A stretch of DNA of 64,000 nt from Lachnospiraceae bacterium (GTDB lineage Bacteria > Bacillota > Clostridia > Lachnospirales > Lachnospiraceae): positions 1,507-65,506 of the forward strand of contig JBJEOB010000051.1 of assembly GCA_051880495.1 (NCBI GenBank), in the 5' to 3' direction. How positions within the stretch are numbered: the stretch's first letter is position 1; each line of letters begins with the position of its first letter. The position numbers and the translations under genes are program-made. The notes beneath the pieces are model-generated. The model saw nothing but the letters and a program-made list of their open reading frames with translations, did no database searches and was not told where the DNA came from. Shown here piece after piece: positions 8,332 through 17,609 of this stretch.

Positions 8332-8358
8332 GAAATTTCATTGAAATTTCCTATTATA
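8332..8358 (-). promoter_or_regulatory. Candidate promoter -10 (TATAAT, 8358-8353) followed by a duplicated 8-bp palindrome GAAATTTC-N3-GAAATTTC
   Basis: It was read on the minus strand just upstream of the orphan two-gene cassette. No good -35 is present. Confidence 0.35.
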
Positions 8359-8359
8359 C

Positions 8360-8398
8360 AAAAAAAGAACCGGAAAAGTATATCTCTTTTCTGGTTCT
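8360..8398 (-). terminator. Rho-independent terminator after the AraC-family gene
   Basis: On the minus strand, GAACCAGAAAAG..CTTTTCCGGTTC forms a 12-bp stem with 1 mismatch, followed by T7. Confidence 0.7.
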
Positions 8399-8467
8399 CA
8401 TTTTAAATTATGAGGTGTCCAATAAACACACCTGATGTATCGAAAGTTTGTTTGATATCCGCTGTTT

Positions 8468-9328
8468 TTACTGTTTTTTCTTCACCGGAATCCATATTTC
8501 ACAGTAATAATTATCATCCATGGTTCCTTTTTCATATTTTGTCGGATCATCATAATACTCAACACAATAACCTGCCGCAAATTCATACTCTTTAAGCGCC
8601 GGCAGCCATTCTGTGTAAATCTTGGTATTCACATCCTGCAATGCATTTGGCATCGCACCCTTGCAAGGGAATACAGCCCAGTCAAAAGCCGGTATTGTCC
8701 TTGTTATAAATCCTTCCGGAACCTCCTTCTGCGGATTATACGGATCGGCAATCAGGTACTCAAAATTCTCCTGTCCCATCTCCAAATCAATATTAATTCC
8801 ATACAATCCACAGACCACAGCACCCTTTCCACTCCGGAAATGCTCCTTCCAGAACTGCGGTATAATTTCCTTTGCACCTTCATACGGAAATGTCTTTGCG
8901 TTTGCAATAACAGTAAATGCCTCTTTTTTCATAATCTTGTAATCCATGAGATAACCTCCTTCTAATGATATTTTGATTTTTAATGGAGCAAAGGACTTAA
9001 GCAACACCGCACTCTTGCGCACAGATGCAGGGGTTACTCCATGGAATCTGGTAAATGCCTTGGTAAAACTATCCGGAGAATCATACCCGTACTTCATGGC
9101 AATATCAATAATCTTTTCGTCAGTAACTAACAGATCATTCCCGGCAAGTGCCAGTCTTCTGTTTCGAATATACTCTGAAACAGTATATCCACAGAGCATT
9201 GCAAAACCTTTCTGAAAATAAAACGATGATACGCCTACTTCTTTTGCGACATCCTCTACAGTAATATTTTCTGTAATGTGGTCCTCCATGTACTGAATCG
9301 AATTTCCTATTATTGCCATCCATTCCAT
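8468..9328 (-). CDS. AraC-family transcriptional regulator with GyrI-like effector-binding domain
   Basis: The N-terminal AraC HTH is VSSFYFQKGFAMLCGYTVSEYIRNRRL...YDSPDSFTKAFTRFHGVTP. The C-terminal domain is GyrI/SOUL-like. The start ATG 9328 follows AAGGAGG. Confidence 0.85.
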   Translation of the reverse strand: MEWMAIIGNSIQYMEDHITENITVEDVAKEVGVSSFYFQKGFAMLCGYTVSEYIRNRRLALAGNDLLVTDEKIIDIAMKYGYDSPDSFTKAFTRFHGVTPASVRKSAVLLKSFAPLKIKISLEGGYLMDYKIMKKEAFTVIANAKTFPYEGAKEIIPQFWKEHFRSGKGAVVCGLYGINIDLEMGQENFEYLIADPYNPQKEVPEGFITRTIPAFDWAVFPCKGAMPNALQDVNTKIYTEWLPALKEYEFAAGYCVEYYDDPTKYEKGTMDDNYYCEIWIPVKKKQ

Positions 9329-9418
9329 GTTTCTTTCCTCCTTCGCTTCTGATAACATTCTATCTCATGAACACGCCATGTTCCCGACTATTTTTGCACA
9401 AATTTGTCTCTATCATTT

Positions 9419-12400
9419 TTAACCGAATATTTTACGAATAATATCTAACGCCTTCTCAGAATCCAGATTGGTCACAGCCGTATTAAGCTGTTCCATCTGG
9501 TTTTGGAGCTCGTCATCAAATTCATAACGGCTAAGATTCTCCATTACTTCATCTGCTTTGTCCGTATCGAAGTCCTCTATTGCCGTTTTTAATATTTCAA
9601 GATATCCAAGGAGAATATTCCTGTCATCAAGCACAATTTTCTCTTCCTTGTCAGGGATGCAGACCTCAAGTTTTTCCTTATAACTTCTCCACTCTGAAAG
9701 GAACGGCATTGTCATTGACAAAATAACATCAAATTTCTTATCGTGTGCCGCGTTTTCAAGCATCTTAGCTGTGCCGGACAGCGGCATTATGCCAACGAGT
9801 GCGGCAGCACTCTTCATCGCGTGGACCTTAATGCGGTATTTTTCCAGACTTTCCATATCCTGACGGTTGTTTTGAAGCTTTTTAAAAATTTCTTCAAGAT
9901 AATCCGCATCCGGTGTAATTTCCTGATAAAAGTCTTGTAAAGCTTCCAGTAAAAATTCCTGATTAGGGAAATGAATTAACGCATAGTCCCAGTCCGCTCC
10001 GTCAATCATCGGAAGTTCCCTGTCAACCTGGTTGTTCAGGTAAGCTTTGTTGTTTTGTCCGTTGTTTTCTGTTAAAAGAAGTTCCTTAGGCAAAACATTC
10101 CTAATCATCATTTCCAGTTTTTCAGGAATAATCGGTTTTGACAAAAAGCCGTCAAAGCCTTCTGCAAGATACATCTCCTTTGCTCCTGAAATCGCATTGG
10201 CAGTCAGAATAATCACCGGCGTGTCCTGACACGGGTGGTCATGATTTTCACGAAGTCTGTGGAGAGTTTCCACACCATCCATATCCGGCATCATATGATC
10301 CATGAAGATAGCATCATAATGTTTTGAAAATGCCTTTTTAAGGCACTCTTCGCCTCCGCTTGCCTGTTCCACACGAATTTGGGTTTCCTTCAAAAGACTT
10401 ACAAATACCTTACGGTTTACAGCGTTATCATCTACCACAAGGATTCTTGCCTTAGGGGCCGTAAAAAGAGCCTCATGGCTGTACTCGACAACCTGTCTGC
10501 GGATTCTTTCCTCCAAATCACCAATAGGCTCCTCACATACAATTCTCTGCCGCAGTGAAAAAGAAAACCTGCTTCCCTTTCCATACTCACTTTCGACATG
10601 CAGGGTGCTACCCATCATATCCAGAAGCTGGGTTACAATGCTCATTCCAAGCCCTGTACCCTCAATGTTCCGATTTCTTTTTTCCTCGATACGTTCAAAT
10701 GCTGCATATAATTTAGGAATATCCTCAGATTTGATTCCTATTCCCGTATCCTCTATCACAAAATCAAGTATTACGTCACCATCACTTACCGTTCCGTTAA
10801 CATCAAGCGTCACACTGCCTTCATTAGTGTACTTTACAGAATTATTTAACAGGTTAATCAGAATCTGACGTATTCTTATTTCATCTCCAAAAAGGCGTGA
10901 TGGCAGCTCACTGTCCACATGAACATTCATCTTAAGACCCTTATTTTCTGCCTTCATTATCATCATGTTGGAAATATCGTGAATCATGCTGCTGAAATCA
11001 TACTCTGCAGGAATCAGTTCCATTTTTCCTGATTCAATTTTGGAGAAATCCAGAATATCATTGATAAGTGCCAGAAGACTCTGTCCTGCATTCTGGATAT
11101 CCATTGCATACGCCTTGATTTCCGCATCCTTGCTTTCACGCAGAATCATCGTATTCATTCCAAGAACAGCATTAATCGGAGTCCTGATTTCATGGGACAT
11201 ATTGGCAAGGAATTTGGCTTTTGCCTCGCTGGCAAGAACCGCCCTCTGCTTTTCCTTATCCATAAAAATAATACTCTGTACCGTATTTACAACTGCCATC
11301 AGCAGAAGGAAAACAAGTCCGAGTGACAGAATAATTCCGTTAAATGGTATTGACCTCTGAAAATACAGGAAAATCTGTATACCCGCCGCAACCGATGCAC
11401 CTAGCAGACCCAGTGCAACCCACGGATACTCCTTTAAATTATGCCCTGCTATATCCGTTATAACCGTCACACCCATAAAAACTATGGATATAAGACAAAC
11501 ACCTGATATTAATACAATTGTATCAGCAAAATCGGCAATTCCTGTCACATGTAGTGCCGTACACACAATAAAATCTATGATAATCAGAATACATAAAGGC
11601 AGATAAAATTTGCCAAACCTTCCGTTCTGAATGCTGTTCATATATACAAGAAACGGAAGAGGCATGAGCATAATCATAAAAAACGGGATGTCATTTATTA
11701 TTGATAAATTCGGGAAAATAACCTGACGAAACGGCGAATTGGTAATAAGCCATACTGATGCCAGAAATACGCCAAGCCCCAGATAATCAAGCTCATTCTG
11801 TCTGTGATAGCATGTTTTTAGTACAATTCCGCAGACCACGCTTGCCATTCCAAGAAACAATGTGAGAAAGGCAACAACAATTTCTCCGCCATAGCGTCTG
11901 AAAATATCTTCCCATATTCCCATTTTGCTGCCTATATAAATCGGATAAAAAACACCTGTATAATCAGTATCCGTCTGCGTCTGTATCATCAGTGTCTTAC
12001 CGGAATCCTCAGGCGTCAGTTTAAGATAAAGATTTGCCACTGCACTCGTATTTCCAAACCAGCCGGTGTTCTTTGTAGAATAACTTTCACGAAGCTCTCC
12101 GTCTATGTAGATTTGCATTTCCTGCTTTAAGCTTCGTATGCACATATATGTATCATATTCCGTAATTTCCGGAAGTGTTGTACGAACCTTTATTACTTCC
12201 TGACGTTTTGCCTCGCATCTGCCGGGAATTTCAATCTCCATTTCACTTCCGTCTTCTCTTGTCAAAATCCAGTCTGCAGTGAATTCTTCACACCATTCCT
12301 TAACAGACGGTGCATCGTGCGGTAAAAGAATTTCTCCAAGAATAAGATAAAGAAATACACATACCAGCATGACAAGGAAGATCATTTTAATAACTGTAAG

Positions 12401-12436
12401 CAAATTATATCTGTTCTTCTTATCATCCATAACCAT
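9419..12436 (-). CDS. Hybrid sensor histidine kinase (7TMR-DISM sensor, HisKA, HATPase_c, REC, HPt)
   Basis: The H-box is FLANMSHEIRTPINAVLGM. G-boxes EDTGIGI and GTGLGMSI are present. The REC domain shows ILVVDDNAVNRKV...FMDHMMPDMDG and the C-terminal HPt shows HAMKSAAALVG. There are seven predicted TM helices after an extracellular N-terminal domain. I take the start at ATG 12436 (AAGGA upstream); the ORF-track GTG is at 12454. Confidence 0.85.
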   Translation of the reverse strand: MVMDDKKNRYNLLTVIKMIFLVMLVCVFLYLILGEILLPHDAPSVKEWCEEFTADWILTREDGSEMEIEIPGRCEAKRQEVIKVRTTLPEITEYDTYMCIRSLKQEMQIYIDGELRESYSTKNTGWFGNTSAVANLYLKLTPEDSGKTLMIQTQTDTDYTGVFYPIYIGSKMGIWEDIFRRYGGEIVVAFLTLFLGMASVVCGIVLKTCYHRQNELDYLGLGVFLASVWLITNSPFRQVIFPNLSIINDIPFFMIMLMPLPFLVYMNSIQNGRFGKFYLPLCILIIIDFIVCTALHVTGIADFADTIVLISGVCLISIVFMGVTVITDIAGHNLKEYPWVALGLLGASVAAGIQIFLYFQRSIPFNGIILSLGLVFLLLMAVVNTVQSIIFMDKEKQRAVLASEAKAKFLANMSHEIRTPINAVLGMNTMILRESKDAEIKAYAMDIQNAGQSLLALINDILDFSKIESGKMELIPAEYDFSSMIHDISNMMIMKAENKGLKMNVHVDSELPSRLFGDEIRIRQILINLLNNSVKYTNEGSVTLDVNGTVSDGDVILDFVIEDTGIGIKSEDIPKLYAAFERIEEKRNRNIEGTGLGMSIVTQLLDMMGSTLHVESEYGKGSRFSFSLRQRIVCEEPIGDLEERIRRQVVEYSHEALFTAPKARILVVDDNAVNRKVFVSLLKETQIRVEQASGGEECLKKAFSKHYDAIFMDHMMPDMDGVETLHRLRENHDHPCQDTPVIILTANAISGAKEMYLAEGFDGFLSKPIIPEKLEMMIRNVLPKELLLTENNGQNNKAYLNNQVDRELPMIDGADWDYALIHFPNQEFLLEALQDFYQEITPDADYLEEIFKKLQNNRQDMESLEKYRIKVHAMKSAAALVGIMPLSGTAKMLENAAHDKKFDVILSMTMPFLSEWRSYKEKLEVCIPDKEEKIVLDDRNILLGYLEILKTAIEDFDTDKADEVMENLSRYEFDDELQNQMEQLNTAVTNLDSEKALDIIRKIFG

Positions 12437-12443
12437 TCTGTCC

Positions 12444-13199
12444 TTACTTTTCACTTAACTCTTTTTTGAGTACATCAATAAGCTTCTGGTATGCCACAGG
12501 TTTTAAAAGATATCCTGCAGGTTTTAACATCAGCACCTCTTCTATATGCTCCTTATCGGATACACCTGTCAGAAATACCACCGGAATTTCCTTCGTATAT
12601 TCATCCGAACAAATCATTTCAAATACCTGCTTACCATTGCAGACAGGCATTTCATAATCAAGGAGTATTAAATCAGGCTTCTTCTTACCGATTGCAGTCA
12701 TAGCCTGTGTACCGGATGTTGCAAGTATTACTTCATACTTTTCCTTAAGCCACTCTTTTGCCGTACGAAGCCACATTGCATCATCATCTACAATAAGAAT
12801 CTGCTTTTTCTTAACGAAATTCATGGAATCAGGATCAACCTTCATGCGGTAACAGCATTTTCTCAGAACATTTATCCTGGAAACCGGACGGTCAAGGTTT
12901 TCGAACTGATCTCTCTGATAGAAAGGAAGATACTTCTCATATTCCCTGCTGTTACCAATTGTAACAACCGGTGTTGTCTTATATTCCTCAGAAAGCAGCT
13001 TATACGCATCTTCTGCTGTTTTATAAAAATCAACCAGATTGATTAATACAAGATCCGGTTTAACAATCTTCATCATGCCATCCAGTACATCCGCCCCGCC
13101 GAAACAAAGCTGGACGTTAAAATACTGTCCCAGACAGTTATTAATATCATTGGTTGTTTCATTCAAAATTCCTACAATCAGAATTTTCTTTTCTTCCAT
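12444..13199 (-). CDS. Stand-alone response regulator with a degenerate N-terminal receiver and a canonical C-terminal receiver
   Basis: The second REC has DD (ILIVDDD), a phospho-acceptor D (LILLDYEMP), T and K. The first REC-like half has LVLINLVDF (Asn in place of the acceptor Asp) and no acidic pair. Confidence 0.75.
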   Translation of the reverse strand: MEEKKILIVGILNETTNDINNCLGQYFNVQLCFGGADVLDGMMKIVKPDLVLINLVDFYKTAEDAYKLLSEEYKTTPVVTIGNSREYEKYLPFYQRDQFENLDRPVSRINVLRKCCYRMKVDPDSMNFVKKKQILIVDDDAMWLRTAKEWLKEKYEVILATSGTQAMTAIGKKKPDLILLDYEMPVCNGKQVFEMICSDEYTKEIPVVFLTGVSDKEHIEEVLMLKPAGYLLKPVAYQKLIDVLKKELSEK

Positions 13200-13217
13200 G
13201 GTACATCACTCCTATAT

Positions 13218-13901
13218 TTATATTAATTCTGCTACCAGATAAAGCGCTACAAGATGCAACGGATAAAAAAGATAAAACAGGTACTTCATCTTAGGTCCCT
13301 GTCTGCCGTTATACATCATTAAAAGCACTGTGCTTAGGGCAGAATATTTCTGAATTCCGACGCCCCAGATTAACTGAAGACCACACGAAAAAATATGTTT
13401 TGACCAGAAGTTTTCTCTTAATGTATAAAAAATATATACCAGCATCACACCAAAACATCCGTAGTCTGTGCGCATCACCTCGGCAAACAGCGCAAATATG
13501 GCAAATGATAAGCCTCCCAAAAGCTTTGATGCCATCGCATCAGGTATTTTTTTACTGATAAAATCAAGAACCATAAGTCCCAACAATGCCATCAGAAATG
13601 TAAACAGCACGTTCTGGTGTAGGGGATTGATTTTCCCGTAGAATGCAATATCAAATACAGGTTCTGTTATCAGCGCAAATATAAGCATTCTAAATACATA
13701 CTTTTTTTTGCTTTTCGTATGATAAAAACCTTCCGCCACAAAAAAAGCAAATATTGGAAATGACAATCGCCCTATTACCCTCAGCCATGTTTTTCCCGGG
13801 AACAGTATAAATCCCATATGGTCAATGAACATGCAAACCATGGCGGTTAATTTAAGTGTAAAGCCATCAAGGCACTGTATTTTTTTTATAAATTCTTTCA
13901 T
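13218..13901 (-). CDS. TraX-family membrane protein
   Basis: LKLTAMVCMFIDHMGFILFP...IGRLSFPIFAFFVAEGFYHT is the typical TraX signature, and the protein is polytopic. Its start overlaps the upstream stop as ATGA. Confidence 0.8.
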   Translation of the reverse strand: MKEFIKKIQCLDGFTLKLTAMVCMFIDHMGFILFPGKTWLRVIGRLSFPIFAFFVAEGFYHTKSKKKYVFRMLIFALITEPVFDIAFYGKINPLHQNVLFTFLMALLGLMVLDFISKKIPDAMASKLLGGLSFAIFALFAEVMRTDYGCFGVMLVYIFYTLRENFWSKHIFSCGLQLIWGVGIQKYSALSTVLLMMYNGRQGPKMKYLFYLFYPLHLVALYLVAELI

Positions 13902-15736
13902 TCCTTTATCGTTCCAATCAGAACTGCAATAGAACGCTCGCCAACCTCTATACCGCGCGATTCGTTCATTTTCAAAATATCATGCTCCCTGCCGGAGGAA
14001 TCAATTACCACCTTCCACTGCATACCTTCCGGAAGCGAAGGAAGTGCCAGTGTATGCTTCTCCCAGTGCAGATTGTACGCCACATAGATGAAATCATCCT
14101 CTGAGCCGTCAGGTTTTGTGGCATAGTATTTTCCGCAGTACATTACGCCAAAATGTCTGTTGTAGTTTTCAAAACTTGCAAACCAGGCGTTGCCACTGTG
14201 ATATGAAACATCAGGGTAACAGCACGCCTTATAATCCATGTCTCTAAGCGGTGTTTCCATGTGAAGTATTCCATGTTGTTTTCTAAATGCAATGAGTTCC
14301 TTTGTAAATTCAAAGATTTCTTTATTACTGTCAAGATTCTTCCAATTAAGCCATGATATTTCGTTATCCTGGCAATAAGCATTATTATTGCCGTTTTGTG
14401 AGTTTCCGAATTCATCACCTGCATAAATAAGCGGTGTTCCCTGACTTAGCAAAACCATCATAAGAGCATTTTTAATCTGCTTATTTCTCAGCTCAACAAT
14501 CTTCTTTTTACGGCATTTTCCTTCTACGCCACAGTTCCAGCTGTTATTGAAATCCTCGCCGTCACGGTTATTTTCACCATTGTCTTCATTATGCTTACGG
14601 TCATAGCTAACCAGATCCATAAGCGTAAATCCGTTGTTGTCCGCCATGTAATTGATTACGGCAGTATTGGTTTCGTTTGCCTTCATATGCATAACAAAAT
14701 CATTTAACTGGTTTTCATCGCCCTTAAGCAGCTTTCTTGCACAGTTCATAAAACCCTGATTATAATTGGCAAGATTTTTATATGAACGAACATTTCTTTT
14801 AGTATTCCAGTAAGTTGTAAAAAGCTTCACTCTTGAAAGCAGCGGGTCATTGGCAATAGTCTCAAGCACCGCGTCACTGCAGTTAAGATGAACGCCGTCA
14901 ACATGATACTCTACAACCCAGTGTCTTACACAGTCACAAATCATATTGATTCCCGTGTCATATGGGAAGAACATTTCAACAATGACCTCTATTCCCTCTT
15001 TGTGGAGTGCACGTACCATTTTCTTGAACTCAACCGTATAATCCTCATTTTTGCTGCTGTTTGAAGAATATGCCGCCTTAGGCGCAAAATACATTCCTTT
15101 TGCATATCCCCAGTAATTGACCTTACCGTTAAACTGCGGGTTATACATGGTATTCTTATCATTTGGCGTCCACTTCTGTACCTCTTCAAATTCGAATACA
15201 GGCATCAGTTCAACCGCCGTAATTCCAAGTTCTTTAAGATATGGAATCTTCTCGACAACGCCTGCATACGTACCCTTGTTTCTGACTTTTGAACTTAAAT
15301 GTTTCGTAAATCCGCGTACATGAAGCTTATAAATGATTGTATCCTCATACGGTGTATTAAGATTCAAATCATCTTCCCAGTCAAATGCATCAAGCATAAC
15401 CTTGGAACGATAGCCGTCTTCCCTTACAGACTGTCCGAACTCATAAACATCGCAGATATGCTTTGCATACGGGTCAAGCTGCTGCTTATCTCCTATTACA
15501 TAATTGTATTCCAGCTTCGAAAAATCAATTCCGGATACCATGACCGCAAAAATATCGCCAAACTTATATTTTTCATCCAGCACGATTGAATAAAGCGGCT
15601 TTTCGCTGCCCTTTTCAAAGAGATTTAAAACAATCTCCTTATTTCGTGAAACCATGGCAAAATTATATCCGTCTTCTATTCTGTTCACTCCCGGATTCAT
15701 TGGATTTCCAATTGAAACTCTTAGCTGCTGATTCAT
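13898..15736 (-). CDS. GH13 glycogen-debranching (GlgX/isoamylase)-like protein with substituted catalytic residues
   Basis: Strong family signatures are present: NYWGY, NGFTLMDLVSY and GTPLIYAGDEFGNSQNGNNNAYCQDNEISWLNW. However, conserved regions I-IV read VIVEMFFPYD, DGVHLNCS, FTTYWN and ADNNGF (see finding). Confidence 0.8.
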   Translation of the reverse strand: MNQQLRVSIGNPMNPGVNRIEDGYNFAMVSRNKEIVLNLFEKGSEKPLYSIVLDEKYKFGDIFAVMVSGIDFSKLEYNYVIGDKQQLDPYAKHICDVYEFGQSVREDGYRSKVMLDAFDWEDDLNLNTPYEDTIIYKLHVRGFTKHLSSKVRNKGTYAGVVEKIPYLKELGITAVELMPVFEFEEVQKWTPNDKNTMYNPQFNGKVNYWGYAKGMYFAPKAAYSSNSSKNEDYTVEFKKMVRALHKEGIEVIVEMFFPYDTGINMICDCVRHWVVEYHVDGVHLNCSDAVLETIANDPLLSRVKLFTTYWNTKRNVRSYKNLANYNQGFMNCARKLLKGDENQLNDFVMHMKANETNTAVINYMADNNGFTLMDLVSYDRKHNEDNGENNRDGEDFNNSWNCGVEGKCRKKKIVELRNKQIKNALMMVLLSQGTPLIYAGDEFGNSQNGNNNAYCQDNEISWLNWKNLDSNKEIFEFTKELIAFRKQHGILHMETPLRDMDYKACCYPDVSYHSGNAWFASFENYNRHFGVMYCGKYYATKPDGSEDDFIYVAYNLHWEKHTLALPSLPEGMQWKVVIDSSGREHDILKMNESRGIEVGERSIAVLIGTIKE

Positions 15737-15756
15737 AAAAAATCTCCATTCCTGAA

Positions 15757-16809
15757 TTAATATGCCTTTACCTTTGTCCAGAGATTTGCAAAATACTTTT
15801 TAATCTCTGTATCCTGATATCCAAATACTTCATCGCTGCTGCGTGTCGTATCTGTAACATATGCGCTTATTCCGCTGTATGTCGTTTTCTGCATTTCCTC
15901 ATAAGCCGTCTTAACCGGAGAGGCATAACCTACCTCCTCAGAGTTGGCTAAAGCATTTTCCTCATCAAGGAAGAAATCAATATACTTGTGTGCAAGGTCA
16001 ACATTGGTACAGTCCTTTGTGATTACCATTGCATCATACCAGAGATTGGTTCCCTGTTTTGGCATTGTGTATTCAAGCTTTGAATTCTCTGACATTATAT
16101 ATGCGGCATCGCCTGAGTATACTACTGCCATGGCCTTGTTTGATGAAACCATATTATCAATTACATCGTCCCCTGCATACACAGGCTTCATGGTATCACG
16201 CTGGTTAACCAGCCACTCATACGCCTTATCTATTTCATCAGTATTTGTTGTGTTCATTGAGTATCCAAGTGCCTTTAATGCTACCATGAATGAGTCTCTT
16301 TCCGAATCATACATGTAAAGATTACCGGCATACTTGGTATCTGTTAGAAGGTCCCAGCCCTTTTCTACGTCTTCCGGTGAAACTACCGTCGTGTCATAGA
16401 GAATTCCGACACTACCCCAGAAATACGGAACGCTGTACTTATTTCCCGGATCATATGACTTATTTAATACCTCAGGCAAAATATTGTCCCTGTTGTTAAG
16501 CTTACTCCAGTCAATTGTCTGTAAATAGCCTTCCTTCATGAGTCGCTCAATCATGTAGTCTGAAGGAATGAGGATATCATATTTTTCACCACTCATAATC
16601 TTAGTGTACATAGATTCATTTGAATCAAAGGTTTCATAAATAACAGTACAGTTATTTTCTTTTTCAAACTTGGTAAGAAGAGTCTTGTCGATATACTCTC
16701 CTGCATTGTAAACCTTAAGTACATTTTTTTCGGATGATGAGTTGCCACATCCTGAAAGTGTGCAGACTGCAAGCACCATTGCAAGCAAAATACTAACTAA
16801 TTTTTTCAT
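15757..16809 (-). CDS. potD: Spermidine/putrescine ABC transporter substrate-binding lipoprotein
   Basis: The protein has a lipobox (LSGCGNS), a PotD-like sequence and potABCD operon context. Confidence 0.85.
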   Translation of the reverse strand: MKKLVSILLAMVLAVCTLSGCGNSSSEKNVLKVYNAGEYIDKTLLTKFEKENNCTVIYETFDSNESMYTKIMSGEKYDILIPSDYMIERLMKEGYLQTIDWSKLNNRDNILPEVLNKSYDPGNKYSVPYFWGSVGILYDTTVVSPEDVEKGWDLLTDTKYAGNLYMYDSERDSFMVALKALGYSMNTTNTDEIDKAYEWLVNQRDTMKPVYAGDDVIDNMVSSNKAMAVVYSGDAAYIMSENSKLEYTMPKQGTNLWYDAMVITKDCTNVDLAHKYIDFFLDEENALANSEEVGYASPVKTAYEEMQKTTYSGISAYVTDTTRSSDEVFGYQDTEIKKYFANLWTKVKAY

Positions 16810-17599
16810 TTTTTATTTTCTCCTTCTTATTCTTAATCAATGACGGAACCAGATTTACGACCAGTAATGTAATAATAATGACCAGAATAACTATCGTAGA
16901 CAGCGCATTTATTGTCGGATTAATACGCTTGGTCATATTATACACTATAATCGATATATTTTGAACTCCATTTCCTGTTACGAAATATGAAATTACAAAA
17001 TCATCAAATGACATTGTAAATGAAAGCAGGATTCCTGCGTATATTCCTTCCTTTATCATTGGAATAATTACTTTTGTAAGCGCCTGAAAAGGCGTTGCTC
17101 CAAGATCCATTGCCGCATTTGCAAGGTTCGGGTCAAGACTTCTTACCTTAGGGTACACGCTCGTAATTACATACGGTGTACAGAAGATAATGTGTGCAAG
17201 CAGCATTGTAATATATCCCTTGCTTATCTTTAATGACGAAAACAGTATCATAAGACCTATCGCTGTTACGATTTCAGGATTCATAATCGGTATGTTGTTG
17301 ACATTGAGAATCCACTCTTTTACAACCTTCCTGCTCTTTGACAGACCGATTGCCGTTATCGTTCCAAGCACCGTTGCAACAATGGTGGCAATTATGGCAA
17401 TACTGAATGACACCGATACTGCCTTCATTATCTCGCCGTCGGCCAGAAGCTGTCCGTACCATTTTAACGAAAATCCCGAAAACTTTGTCAGCGATTTTGA
17501 GCTGTTAAATGAGAACACAACCGTAACCAAAATCGGCAGATAGAAAAATATAAAGCAGATGCCAATATATAAATACGAAAACACTCTTGATTTCTTCAT
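16793..17599 (-). CDS. potC: Spermidine/putrescine ABC transporter permease
   Basis: It is a polytopic BPD_transp_1-type permease. The start ATG 17599 follows AGGAGG plus a 6-nt spacer. Confidence 0.85.
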   Translation of the reverse strand: MKKSRVFSYLYIGICFIFFYLPILVTVVFSFNSSKSLTKFSGFSLKWYGQLLADGEIMKAVSVSFSIAIIATIVATVLGTITAIGLSKSRKVVKEWILNVNNIPIMNPEIVTAIGLMILFSSLKISKGYITMLLAHIIFCTPYVITSVYPKVRSLDPNLANAAMDLGATPFQALTKVIIPMIKEGIYAGILLSFTMSFDDFVISYFVTGNGVQNISIIVYNMTKRINPTINALSTIVILVIIITLLVVNLVPSLIKNKKEKIKNEKIS

Positions 17600-17609
17600 C
17601 TTCTGCCTC

